Below are positions 10,577 through 19,828 of a stretch of 64,000 nt of DNA, piece by piece (within the stretch, counting starts at the first letter, position 1; each line of letters opens with the position of its first letter). The notes below the pieces were generated by a model. It had not been told where the DNA came from and searched no databases. It saw nothing but the letters and a program-made list of their open reading frames with translations. A program made the translations under genes and the position numbers. This stretch comes from Candidatus Campbellbacteria bacterium GW2011_OD1_34_28 (GTDB lineage Bacteria; Patescibacteriota; Minisyncoccia; Phycocordibacterales; UBA12079), in assembly GCA_001029775.1 (NCBI GenBank), contig CP011215.1, forward strand, positions 274,685-338,684. Direction: 5' to 3'.

Positions 10577-11068
10577 ATGACTAATACTACAAAATTAAAT
10601 GAGAAAAAATACAAAAATGCAATTTTGTATTTTATAAAATATTGCAACAACAATTATCTTGGTGATACTAAGTTAAATAAATTGCTTTACTATTTGGACT
10701 TTATAAATTACAGGGACCGAAAAGAATCTGTAACAGGTGATTTTTATATACATAACCATTTTGGACCAACTCCAAGCGAGGCGACTGTCTTTTTGTCTGA
10801 TTTGGTTGAAAATCACGATATAGAAGTAAAGAAGAAAGATTTTAAGGATTCCCACACTACTTCTTTTGTTTTAAAAACAGAACCCGATGAAAGCGTGTTT
10901 TTAGAAGAAGAAAAAATATTGTTGAAAAATATTTGTAAAGAATTTTTAGACTGGTCAACGCCTAAAATAGTTGAACAAACTCACCTAGAAGCTCCTTGGT
11001 TTTATTCTAAACCATTTCAAAAAGTTGATTACAATTACTCGCGTGATATAGAATTTTTTGCTGAATAG
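10577..11068 (+). CDS. Panacea (DUF4065/SocA-like) antitoxin
   Basis: TKLNKLLYYLDF, GDFY...FGPTP, THLEAPW. Confidence 0.85.
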   Translation: MTNTTKLNEKKYKNAILYFIKYCNNNYLGDTKLNKLLYYLDFINYRDRKESVTGDFYIHNHFGPTPSEATVFLSDLVENHDIEVKKKDFKDSHTTSFVLKTEPDESVFLEEEKILLKNICKEFLDWSTPKIVEQTHLEAPWFYSKPFQKVDYNYSRDIEFFAE

Positions 11069-11071
11069 TTT

Positions 11072-11470
11072 TTGCTTATGACTGAATGGAATTATATTGA
11101 GACAGAATATTTTGTGAGATCTTGTGAGGAATATGGTATTTCTCAAGACATTAAGGATTTTATAGAAGAGTGGGCAAAATCTGTCAGAAGACAAATAACT
11201 CCATCAAACAAAAGACCTTTTATATCACCCAATAATATATTTGAAATTTGGGATGCTAGAATTCCTAATCCTGATGCTAACAAAGGAAAGAGTGGGGGTT
11301 ATCGCCTTGTGTATTATATTCATTTATCTGAAAGAAATTTATTTGTTGATTTAATGGTAGATAGAAAAGATTTAGATTATAAAGGTTCTAACGGAAAAAA
11401 ACAAAAGAAATGGGATGGGCATCTTGCTGATTTGAAGAAAGAATTATTGCAAAAATATGATAATTGTTGA
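11072..11470 (+). CDS. Putative RelE/HigB-like toxin
   Basis: RIPNPDANKGKSGGYRLVYY motif; starts a few nt after the Panacea gene. Confidence 0.65.
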   Translation: MLMTEWNYIETEYFVRSCEEYGISQDIKDFIEEWAKSVRRQITPSNKRPFISPNNIFEIWDARIPNPDANKGKSGGYRLVYYIHLSERNLFVDLMVDRKDLDYKGSNGKKQKKWDGHLADLKKELLQKYDNC

Positions 11471-11551
11471 GTTTATAAATACCGTCTAATAAGGACGGTA
11501 TTTTTAATTTTAGTCTTTATTATATTGACCATAAGTGATATATTTAATTTT

Positions 11552-13924
11552 ATGAACGAATCAGAAACACGAGCAGAATATATAGATCCAAAGCTTAAAG
11601 AGGCTGGTTGGGGTGAGATGGAAGACTCTAAAATTTTGAGAGAGTTTGTTTTTACTGATGGAAAAATTCAAGCTGGTGGAATTCGTGGGAAACAAGAAAT
11701 CGCTGATTATATTTTGGTTTATAAAAATGTAAAATTGGCTGTAATTGAGGCAAAAAAAGAGGGTCTATATGCGACTGAGGGAGTAGCCCAAGCCAAAACT
11801 TATGCTCAAAAATTGAATATTAAATATACTTATTCAACCAATGGTAAGGAAATTTATGAAATTTCAATGGGTGGTGGTTGTGAAGATTATGTTGATAAAT
11901 TTCCGACTCCTGAAGAATTATGGAACAAAACTTTTTCAGACCAGAACGAATGGAAAGACAAATTTAATCAAATTTTGTTTGAAGACGGAGGTGGTAAAAG
12001 ACCAAGATATTATCAAGAAAACGCTATCAATAAAACTCTTGATGCCATTGCAGAAGAGAAAAACAGAATCCTTCTAACTCTTGCAACAGGAACAGGAAAA
12101 ACATTTATTGCTTTTCAAATTGTTTGGAAACTTTTTCAATCACGATGGAATTTAAACAGGGATGGGGCTAGGCGACCGAGAATCTTATTTTTGGCGGACA
12201 GAAATATTTTGGCCGACCAAGCTTTTAATGCTTTTTCCTCTTTTCCTGATGATGTTAAAGTTCGCATCAATCCATTGGATATTCGGAGACATGGTGGAGT
12301 ACCGATGAGTGGAAGTGTTTTCTTTACTATTTTTCAAACTTTTATGAGCGGGTCAAATAATACTCCTTATTTCGGAGAATATCCGAAAGATTTTTTTGAT
12401 TTAATCATTATCGATGAGTGTCATAGGGGCGGGGCTAATGATGAAAGTAATTGGCGAGGAATTTTGGAATATTTTTCACCTGCTGTGCAAATTGGTTTGA
12501 CTGCTACCCCTAAAAGAAAAGATAATATTGATACTTATAAATATTTTGGTGAACCGATTTATACTTATTCTCTCAAAGAGGGTGTGAGCGACGGTTTTTT
12601 GACACCATTTAAAGTAAAAAGAATTCAAACTACTTTAGATGATTATGTTTATACATCTGACGATGAAATTATTGAGGGCGAAGTGGAAGAGGGAAAAGTT
12701 TATGAAGAGCCGGATTTTAATAAAATTATTGTTATCAAAGAGCGCGAAGCTAAAAGAGTGCGAGTTGTTTTGGATGAAATAGATCAAAATGAAAAAACTA
12801 TTATTTTTTGTGCTACTCAGGATCATGCTGCAGCGGTGCGAGATTTAATAAATCAAATGAAAGAAAGTACTGACCCGAGTTATTGTGTTCGTGTGACGGC
12901 AAACGATGGAGCTAGGGGAGAACAAGCTTTGCGAGAATTCCAAGATAATGAAAAAACTATTCCTACTATTTTGACGACCTCACAAAAACTTTCTACTGGC
13001 GTTGATGCTAGAAATGTCAGAAATATTGTGTTGATGCGACCAGTAAATTCTATGGTGGAATTTAAACAAATTGTAGGTCGTGGAACAAGACTTTTTGACG
13101 GTAAAGAGTTTTTTACAATTTATGATTTCGTAGATGCGTATAAGCATTTTTCAGATCCTGAATGGGATGGCGAGCCGATTGAGGAGGTTTGTTCAAAATG
13201 CGAGCAAAATCCTTGTGTCTGTGAAGTAAAACCACCCAAAGAATGTTCTGTTTGTGGACAACGTCCTTGCGTATGTGAAAAACCATCTAAAATATGTTCT
13301 GTGTGTGGAAAAGATCCTTGCGAGTGTGAAAATCCGCCAAAAAGAAAATTGAAAATAAAATTAAGAGACGGAAAGGAAAGAGAAATTCAACATATGATCT
13401 CAACTTCTTTTTGGGGAGCTAATGGAAGACCTCTTTCGTCAGAAGAATTTATAACTAAAATATTTGGTGTGTTACCAGATTTATTTAAGAATGAGGAAGA
13501 ATTAAGGAAAATATGGTCAAATCCAGTAACAAGAAAAGAGTTTCTTGAAAGGTTGTTTGATTTAGGGATTGATTTAGAGCAATTAGATAATATTAAAAAA
13601 GTAGTTAATGCAGAAAATTGTGATTTATTTGATGTGCTTTCTTACCTTGCGTATAGTAAGCCATTGATTACTAGAGAGGAAAGAATTGATAAAACTAAAG
13701 AAAATATTTTTGAAGGAGTTGATGAAAAAAATAGAGAATTCTTAGATTTTGTTATTTCAAAATATAAAGAAAAAGGAGTTGAAGAGTTGGGTGAGGAAAA
13801 ATTACCAATTTTATTAAACTTAAAATATAACTCTCCTGCTGACGCTATAAGTATTCTTGGTGATGTTAATTTAATCCGTTCTACATTTTTTGATTTTCAA
13901 AAAAGACTATACACAAAAATATAA
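11552..13924 (+). CDS. hsdR: Type I restriction endonuclease subunit R (EcoAI/EcoEI-like)
   Basis: ADY...VIEAKK nuclease motif, LATGTGKT, DECHR, GLTATP, QIVGRGTR; ATG at 11552. Confidence 0.95.
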   Translation: MNESETRAEYIDPKLKEAGWGEMEDSKILREFVFTDGKIQAGGIRGKQEIADYILVYKNVKLAVIEAKKEGLYATEGVAQAKTYAQKLNIKYTYSTNGKEIYEISMGGGCEDYVDKFPTPEELWNKTFSDQNEWKDKFNQILFEDGGGKRPRYYQENAINKTLDAIAEEKNRILLTLATGTGKTFIAFQIVWKLFQSRWNLNRDGARRPRILFLADRNILADQAFNAFSSFPDDVKVRINPLDIRRHGGVPMSGSVFFTIFQTFMSGSNNTPYFGEYPKDFFDLIIIDECHRGGANDESNWRGILEYFSPAVQIGLTATPKRKDNIDTYKYFGEPIYTYSLKEGVSDGFLTPFKVKRIQTTLDDYVYTSDDEIIEGEVEEGKVYEEPDFNKIIVIKEREAKRVRVVLDEIDQNEKTIIFCATQDHAAAVRDLINQMKESTDPSYCVRVTANDGARGEQALREFQDNEKTIPTILTTSQKLSTGVDARNVRNIVLMRPVNSMVEFKQIVGRGTRLFDGKEFFTIYDFVDAYKHFSDPEWDGEPIEEVCSKCEQNPCVCEVKPPKECSVCGQRPCVCEKPSKICSVCGKDPCECENPPKRKLKIKLRDGKEREIQHMISTSFWGANGRPLSSEEFITKIFGVLPDLFKNEEELRKIWSNPVTRKEFLERLFDLGIDLEQLDNIKKVVNAENCDLFDVLSYLAYSKPLITREERIDKTKENIFEGVDEKNREFLDFVISKYKEKGVEELGEEKLPILLNLKYNSPADAISILGDVNLIRSTFFDFQKRLYTKI

Positions 13925-14082
13925 TTCTTAATTTAATAAATATTTTATCTTCCAAACCCATCACAAAAAATAGTGGAAAAACAGTGAAGGGTAGGAGAGA
14001 CTTTTCAATACCCAAAAACAAAACCATGATACAATTATGTTGATAAAGTGTTTTATTTTTCTTTGAATTACCGGCGTGGATT

Positions 14083-14125
14083 CCTGCCTGCCGTGTCGTT
14101 GCTTTTCTTTCAGAAAAGAGGCAGG
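14083..14125 (+). repeat. 43-bp miniature element nested in a REP-like repeat
   Basis: Inserted between TGGATT and GCTTCG of the REP-like consensus. Confidence 0.9.
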
Positions 14126-14206
14126 GCTTCGTTATTCCGCTCCACTCCATTCCTCGCAAAGACGACGAGGGCGGGAAATTTGCGAACCTGGCTGCCGGCA
14201 GGCAGG

Positions 14207-14292
14207 CTCTCCGCAATGTTACTTATTTATTTAAAAAGCTACTTTTCAGTAGCCTTTTAAATTTCAGTATTGCCAGAGGGTGGGATTCGAAC
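14207..14292 (+). repeat. Orphan copy of the tRNA-Ser 3' trailer plus inverted tRNA 3' end
   Basis: CTCTCCGCAATG...TTTAAAAAGCTAC...GTAGCCTTTTAAATT resembles 637-699 (minus); 14269-14292 resembles 758-782. Confidence 0.6.
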
Positions 14293-14315
14293 GGAACTTT
14301 TTAAAACAAAGCAGT

Positions 14316-14753
14316 TTATTTTCTATAAACTAAAAAATGAGGTAATTTGTCCATATCTTTATATACAAACATTTCATAATTTGCTCGCCTAGCAGTTTTT
14401 GAAAGTTTGTAATTTGAAAGGTTCTTTTTTGGAACAAAAGGATAAAATTTTATTTCTTGTTTTTCTTCTCCCTTCTCAGACCATTTAAAATTTAAAAACA
14501 AAGACGGTGTCATGTACCCTGATTTTAAAACTTTGTTCATAATTTGCCATCCAGCACCAAAAACAACAGATTTTGGTTTACTTTGGTTTGTTTTAACTTG
14601 AGCACGAAAAGAACATCCTGTGCACTGAACATCATAAAGAGGATAGTTTGGAGGAAGTTTCATTAACATCTTCCCACAATTTGGACATGGAACAATATTG
14701 ACGATTTCTTGTTCGCCAGAATTACCAGATTCTTTTTTACTTTTTTTTAGCAT
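14316..14753 (-). CDS. DpnI-like (Dam-replacing family) PD-(D/E)XK domain protein
   Basis: CPNCG...NYPLYDVQCTGC...QVK Zn/nuclease motif; no winged-helix domain. Confidence 0.7.
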   Translation of the reverse strand: MLKKSKKESGNSGEQEIVNIVPCPNCGKMLMKLPPNYPLYDVQCTGCSFRAQVKTNQSKPKSVVFGAGWQIMNKVLKSGYMTPSLFLNFKWSEKGEEKQEIKFYPFVPKKNLSNYKLSKTARRANYEMFVYKDMDKLPHFLVYRK

Positions 14754-14788
14754 TTTTTAATTTTTATAGATAAATAATAATTTTTTGG

Positions 14789-15196
14789 TTATTCAAATTT
14801 AATTTGAAAACTGTACATCCCCATAGAACAAAGACCTTGGATTTCTTCACCTGCTTTTTGTGGCGGAACTTCTATCTCTGTTACAGCAGTAGGGGGGAGA
14901 TTTTTTTGATAATTTAAATCTGGAATAACAAGAGCCGAAGAACAATCAAAAGTACTCTTTGTCTCTACTTTTATTATCGTTGGCATATCTGCTTTTGCGA
15001 TTGTCATTTGGGGAAAATATCCGCCTCTTGCATCAATGGTGATTATTTGTTTTCCGTCTACAACACTGACATTACTTTTTACTTCTTTTATTTCTTCTTT
15101 TTTTGTGTCGTCTGAAACATCTTTATTTCTAGAGTACACAAAAGACGCTCCGATCAAGACGACTATTATTAAGATTGCGATTGTTGTTGGTTTCAT
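14789..15196 (-). CDS. Cupredoxin-like domain protein
   Basis: N-terminal TM; GGYFP, C-S-S-A-L-V-I-P, CSMGMY. Confidence 0.85.
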   Translation of the reverse strand: MKPTTIAILIIVVLIGASFVYSRNKDVSDDTKKEEIKEVKSNVSVVDGKQIITIDARGGYFPQMTIAKADMPTIIKVETKSTFDCSSALVIPDLNYQKNLPPTAVTEIEVPPQKAGEEIQGLCSMGMYSFQIKFE

Positions 15197-15200
15197 GAAA

Positions 15201-15323
15201 TTAAGTATTAAGTAGTAAGTAGTAAGTAGTGAGTAGTGAGTAGTGAGTGGGTGGAAAATTTGCGAAGCAAATTTTCCACCAAGTCGTTGTAGCTATCAGC
15301 TATTAGCTATAGGCTATCAGCTT
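15201..15323. repeat. Heptamer tandem arrays split by a palindrome
   Basis: (a/g)agtagt units, GGTGGAAAATTTGCGAAGCAAATTTTCCACC, then agctatn units. Confidence 0.85.
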
Positions 15324-15330
15324 GTAATTA

Positions 15331-16353
15331 TTAAATATTAAATACCGGCGGGATTATTCCAATTGCTGTAAATGCTCCTAATAAACTGAGTATTCCAAAG
15401 AAAATCACTACCAATCCCGCTGTCTTAAAGAATACACCAGATTGAGCTTTTTTGTGAATACCGAGAGAACTGAAACTGAGCAATGCCAAGACAGGAAGAG
15501 TACCAAGGGCAAAAGAAAACATTATCAATGCTCCTGTTAGAAAACTGCCTGTGGTCAAAGTATAAATTTGCATTGATTGAGTAAATCCGCAAGGCAAAAA
15601 GAAAGTCGCTATTCCTACCAAAAACGGAGTAAGGGTGTGATTGATGTCTTTTAAACCGTGAACTCTTTTACCGATAAATTTTGGAATAGTTGGTTGTAGT
15701 TTTTTTATCGCAGGAAAGACATCCAACAGATTGATACCCAAAATCAAAAGTACCAAAGCAACAAAAACATTGAGAGCAAATGTTCCCATCAATCCCAATT
15801 GGAAAACAGATCCAAGAGCGCCAATCACGCCACCCAAGATAAAGAAAGAAATCAAGCGACCAAGATGAAAATATATTTGAGGTTTTGTTTTGTCACCTTC
15901 TTTGGCAAAGTTTGCCGAGATAGAAAGTGTCAGTCCTCCAACTACCGCCATACAAGTAGAAACAGAAGCGACTAGCCCAATGACAAAAGCAGTGCCATAA
16001 CCGACCTCGTCGGCGGTTATCAGATTTACTATTCCCATTTTTTGAAGAAGGAGAAAGAAAGCGATAAATCCAACAGACAAAGGCAGGGCGATTTTGAAAT
16101 CGGACCATTTTGGTTTGTAAAAATTTTGTTTTTCTACAGAAATAGAATAGCCGTCGGATGTGAGTAACTCGTTTAGACTTTTGGCGATTTCTTCCGAACT
16201 TTTATTCTCAAAGTCTCCGGTAATTTCGACGCTGTGTTTTGAAAGGGAGGCATGCGCCGATTTTACGCCAACAGCATGATCAAGTTTTGATTCTACGAGA
16301 ACTGTACACGAATTACAGCTCATTCCTTCTATATGAAATTTGTATGTTTTCAT
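15331..16353 (-). CDS. Heavy-metal-associated domain plus DsbD_2/TauE-like membrane protein
   Basis: GMSCNSC HMA motif; STCMAVVGG and FFLPCGFTQSMQ. Confidence 0.88.
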   Translation of the reverse strand: MKTYKFHIEGMSCNSCTVLVESKLDHAVGVKSAHASLSKHSVEITGDFENKSSEEIAKSLNELLTSDGYSISVEKQNFYKPKWSDFKIALPLSVGFIAFFLLLQKMGIVNLITADEVGYGTAFVIGLVASVSTCMAVVGGLTLSISANFAKEGDKTKPQIYFHLGRLISFFILGGVIGALGSVFQLGLMGTFALNVFVALVLLILGINLLDVFPAIKKLQPTIPKFIGKRVHGLKDINHTLTPFLVGIATFFLPCGFTQSMQIYTLTTGSFLTGALIMFSFALGTLPVLALLSFSSLGIHKKAQSGVFFKTAGLVVIFFGILSLLGAFTAIGIIPPVFNI

Positions 16354-16524
16354 AGAGACATCATTTTAACATTTTGGGAGTTTGCAGTCGACAACCTACC
16401 TAACATCTTTTATCTTGCAGACAAAAAGTGTTGGGGTTTATAGGTTTATTTTGCTGAAAATCATTGTTTATGATAAGTTTAATTTAGATATGTCGATTTT
16501 CAATTTTTGAGATGGAGGATTCAG

Positions 16525-16680
16525 GTGAATAAAGCAGACTTTTTTAAAAGCGTGCGGGTGGATTTGATCCCCGAGACGAGACTTGAAAAATTTTGTGATT
16601 CTTTCTTGTATTTTTTAACAGGACTTTCTATTTTTATAACAAAAAAGAGACAACAGTTTTTAAGGAGAGTTTTGTGGTAA
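16525..16680 (+). CDS. Small hypothetical protein (51 aa, not in ORF track)
   Basis: GGAGG then GTG; MNKADFFKSVRVDLIPETRLEKFCDSFLYFLTG...; overlaps the next start. Confidence 0.5.
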   Translation: MNKADFFKSVRVDLIPETRLEKFCDSFLYFLTGLSIFITKKRQQFLRRVLW

Positions 16681-16937
16681 AACAAAAAAGCACAAGTCAA
16701 AAATTGTTGGACAAGCCAATATATATAACTTTGAGTGCAAAGACGATAACAGGCGAATTGGCCGAGGTAGAGTTTGTTAGAAAGGATTGTCCTTGTTGTG
16801 GAAAATGTGGATCGCTTCCAGAAGATCATGAAATTATAAATTACGAACGTATTTGTCACGGGTGGAACAAGGGAGATGTTCGGTGTAAAAAATGTGGATC
16901 TTTTGTCAGGAATAATGTTGAATTTATTGAATATTAA
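16674..16937 (+). CDS. Small Zn-finger hypothetical protein
   Basis: AAGGAG SD; CPCCGKC and CKKC. Confidence 0.6.
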   Translation: MVKQKSTSQKLLDKPIYITLSAKTITGELAEVEFVRKDCPCCGKCGSLPEDHEIINYERICHGWNKGDVRCKKCGSFVRNNVEFIEY

Positions 16938-16961
16938 TTTATTTTTTCAAAAGGGAAAACA

Positions 16962-17150
16962 ATGACACAAAAAAGTGCCGGTCAAAAATTGTTTGATGCG
17001 TTGCGTGATGCGAGTTTTCCGTGTGACGAGGTGATTGTCGTAAAACCGACAGAAGAAGACCTTCGTCGAATGAGGGAAACAATTGCTTTTGTCCGCAGAG
17101 TGGATGAAGCTCACGAAGTGGCAAAAAATTCTACCCTTCATTTGGGGTGA
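16962..17150 (+). CDS. Small hypothetical protein
   Basis: AAGGGA SD; N-terminus similar to the preceding ORF; terminator at 17157-17190. Confidence 0.6.
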   Translation: MTQKSAGQKLFDALRDASFPCDEVIVVKPTEEDLRRMRETIAFVRRVDEAHEVAKNSTLHLG

Positions 17151-17359
17151 CGGCGTGGGCCGGACTGATTGCGATCAGTCCGGTCCTTTAAAATTGTGGG
17201 TCGGTCAAAGATTCGCAAAGACGACGTGGATTGCTTCGCTTAAGCTCGCAAAGACGGGTGGGGGCCGTCTTCGCGAACGCAGTGACGCGATCCATAATCA
17301 TTGTTTAAATTTTAAAATTTGGAGTCACGTCTTTTTATATGTTATTCTTATAAGCATAT

Positions 17360-18613
17360 ATGACGATAAAACTTTTTAATTTTTTTACAATTTTAACAAT
17401 TTTCGTTGGTGTTTTTTCTTTTGCTTCCCTGCCTGCCGTAGCTTTGGCGGAGGAGGGTGTCGAAGAAAAAGTAAATGTTTATGTTTTTGAAAGAGAAAAC
17501 TGCAATTTTTGCCAACTGGAGAAAACTTTTCTAAATAAACAACTTTCCGAAAGGGGAGACTTTAACATCGTTTCACTGGATGTCACAAACGAAAATGTTA
17601 AAAATCAATTTGACGATATCACTGCAAAATACAATCTGGTAAAAGCCACTCCTGTAACTTTGGTAGGCAATTCTATTATCCAAGGTTTTAATTCTGATGA
17701 AACGACGGGCAAAGATATCCTGTTTGCAATTGATAGTCATAAAGGAAAACCAAATCTAACTATTGAAGAATATTTGGAAGAAGGAAAGAATCTCTCTACA
17801 TCCAGCGCTATTTGTGATGATGAAGGGGAGGCTGTTACTTGTTCTGTGGATGTAAAAGAAAATACGGAAATAAAAGTTCCTTTTTTTGGGGTGATAGATT
17901 TTAAAGAATTTTCTCTCTTTTCAATGGCGGTGATTTTGGGATTTGTCGATGGGTTCAATCCTTGCGCGATGTGGGTACTGCTGACTTTCTTGTTGATTTT
18001 GTGGCAGGTGGGTAACAGAAAAAAGATGTTGCAAGTGGCGGGTTTGTTTATTCTTGCTGAAGGAATTATGTATTGGGCGATTTTGAATTTTTGGTTTAGC
18101 GCTTGGGACTTTGTTGGTTTGGACAAATTTGTTACCCCAGCCGTTGGATTGTTGGCAGTTGGTGGGGGAATATATTTCTTGAGAAGATATTTCAAAAACA
18201 AAGATCAATTGATTTGTGATGTGACTGATTATGAAAGCAAATCAAAAACGGAAATGAAAATAAAAAATCTGATCAGTTCTCCAATGACGATTTTGACCGC
18301 TTTGGGAATTATGGGCGTGGCATTTTCTGTAAATATAATAGAGTTTGCTTGCTCTGTTGGTATTCCACAAACATTTACAAAAGTTTTGGAAATGAATAAT
18401 CTAAATTTGTTGCAAGATCAATTTTATATCCTTGTTTATACTTTGTTCTATATGGTGGACGATTTTGTTGTGTTTGGATTGGCCCTATATGGTTTTGACA
18501 AGTTTTACACTGTGGGAACAAAATATTCAAACCTATCGTCACTAATCGGGGGAGTGCTGATGCTGATTTTGGGAGGTATGCTTTTGTTTGCTCCAAATTT
18601 GCTGGTGTTTTAA
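17360..18613 (+). CDS. Glutaredoxin-like domain plus DsbD/CcdA-like membrane protein
   Basis: Signal peptide, CNFC, GFVDGFNPCAMWVL, EFACSVG. Confidence 0.85.
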   Translation: MTIKLFNFFTILTIFVGVFSFASLPAVALAEEGVEEKVNVYVFERENCNFCQLEKTFLNKQLSERGDFNIVSLDVTNENVKNQFDDITAKYNLVKATPVTLVGNSIIQGFNSDETTGKDILFAIDSHKGKPNLTIEEYLEEGKNLSTSSAICDDEGEAVTCSVDVKENTEIKVPFFGVIDFKEFSLFSMAVILGFVDGFNPCAMWVLLTFLLILWQVGNRKKMLQVAGLFILAEGIMYWAILNFWFSAWDFVGLDKFVTPAVGLLAVGGGIYFLRRYFKNKDQLICDVTDYESKSKTEMKIKNLISSPMTILTALGIMGVAFSVNIIEFACSVGIPQTFTKVLEMNNLNLLQDQFYILVYTLFYMVDDFVVFGLALYGFDKFYTVGTKYSNLSSLIGGVLMLILGGMLLFAPNLLVF

Positions 18614-18619
18614 TTTGAT

Positions 18620-19063
18620 ATGAAACTTATTATTTTAAAAGGTTTACCAGGGACAGGAAAGACTGCAGTTGCCCATGGGCTAGAAAATAGATTATCTAAT
18701 TCGGAGGTTATTCATCTAGATGACTTTGGCATAAAGACTGGCAAAAATATAGAAGAAAATTTTAAAAAAATTTTAAAAAAATTGTCAAAATTAATTGAGC
18801 AAGACACGGAGGTTGCAATTGTCGAGGGTTTAACAAAAGATGTCGATTTCTGGGGCAGGCTTGAAACTTTTGCTGAAGAAAATAAATTGACCCTAATTTC
18901 TTTTATGTTAGAACAGCCGTTAGATAGATTATTAGAAAGAAAGCCAAAAAATTCTGTAGAAGATTTTAAAAAATTACAGAAATATTTAGAAGTTAGTGAC
19001 GAAATTATTATCCGTGATAATGATATAGACGGAAGTGTTAATTTTATTTTAAATAAAATATGA
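18620..19063 (+). CDS. P-loop NTPase/kinase (AAA_33-like)
   Basis: GLPGTGKT near the N-terminus. Confidence 0.75.
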   Translation: MKLIILKGLPGTGKTAVAHGLENRLSNSEVIHLDDFGIKTGKNIEENFKKILKKLSKLIEQDTEVAIVEGLTKDVDFWGRLETFAEENKLTLISFMLEQPLDRLLERKPKNSVEDFKKLQKYLEVSDEIIIRDNDIDGSVNFILNKI

Positions 19064-19491
19064 AATATTTAGGAATAGACTATGGTTCAAAAAATGTTGG
19101 AATTGCTGTCTCTGATGTAGACGGTATTTTGGCTTTTCCTAAAACTGTTTTAGACAATGACAGAAACCTGTTAAAGAATATAAAAAAAATTATTAAAGAT
19201 GATAATGTCGGGGCTATTGTAATAGGAGAATCGTTAAATTTTTCAGGTGAGCCAAATGTTATAATGAAAAAGATAACACCCTTTAAAGCAGTTTTAGAAA
19301 ATGAAACTGGCTTGTCGGTGTATTTCCAAACAGAATTTTTCACCAGTAAAGAGGCGGATAGGGTGCAGGGAGAAAATTTGAAAGGTGTTCGTAAACAGGA
19401 TAGGCAAAAAGCAAAAGTAAGATTGGAAAAAAACGATGCCTCTGCCGCAGCGTTGATTTTAAGAAGTTATTTAGAAAAAAATAAAAAATAA
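19060..19491 (+). CDS. ruvX: YqgF/RuvX family nuclease
   Basis: YLGIDYGSKNVGIAVSD; DASAAALIL. Confidence 0.92.
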   Translation: MKYLGIDYGSKNVGIAVSDVDGILAFPKTVLDNDRNLLKNIKKIIKDDNVGAIVIGESLNFSGEPNVIMKKITPFKAVLENETGLSVYFQTEFFTSKEADRVQGENLKGVRKQDRQKAKVRLEKNDASAAALILRSYLEKNKK

Positions 19492-19495
19492 AAAC

Positions 19496-19822
19496 ATGAT
19501 AAATATAGATGATTTTGCAAAATTGGAAATAAGGATTGGCGAGATTAAATCTGCCGAAAAAGTAGAGGGGTCTGACAGACTTTTGGTTTTTAAAGTAGAT
19601 TTGGGAGAAGAACAGACAAGACAAATTGTTTCTGGGGTAGCGGGATATTTTTCTGACCCTCAAGAATTGGTAGGCAGACAAGTGCCTGTTGTGGCAAATT
19701 TGGAACCGAGAACTATAAGAGGAGTTGAAAGCCAAGGAATGATTTTGTATGTGTCTGATGACGAGATTTTTACAACACTTAATCCAGGTCAAAAGATTAA
19801 AAATGGATCATTGGTTAAATAG
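19496..19822 (+). CDS. tRNA-binding OB-fold protein (Trbp111/MetRS C-terminal-like)
   Basis: IDDFAKLEIRIG, RQIVSG, NLEPRTIRGVESQGM. Confidence 0.9.
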   Translation: MINIDDFAKLEIRIGEIKSAEKVEGSDRLLVFKVDLGEEQTRQIVSGVAGYFSDPQELVGRQVPVVANLEPRTIRGVESQGMILYVSDDEIFTTLNPGQKIKNGSLVK

Positions 19823-19828
19823 TATTTA

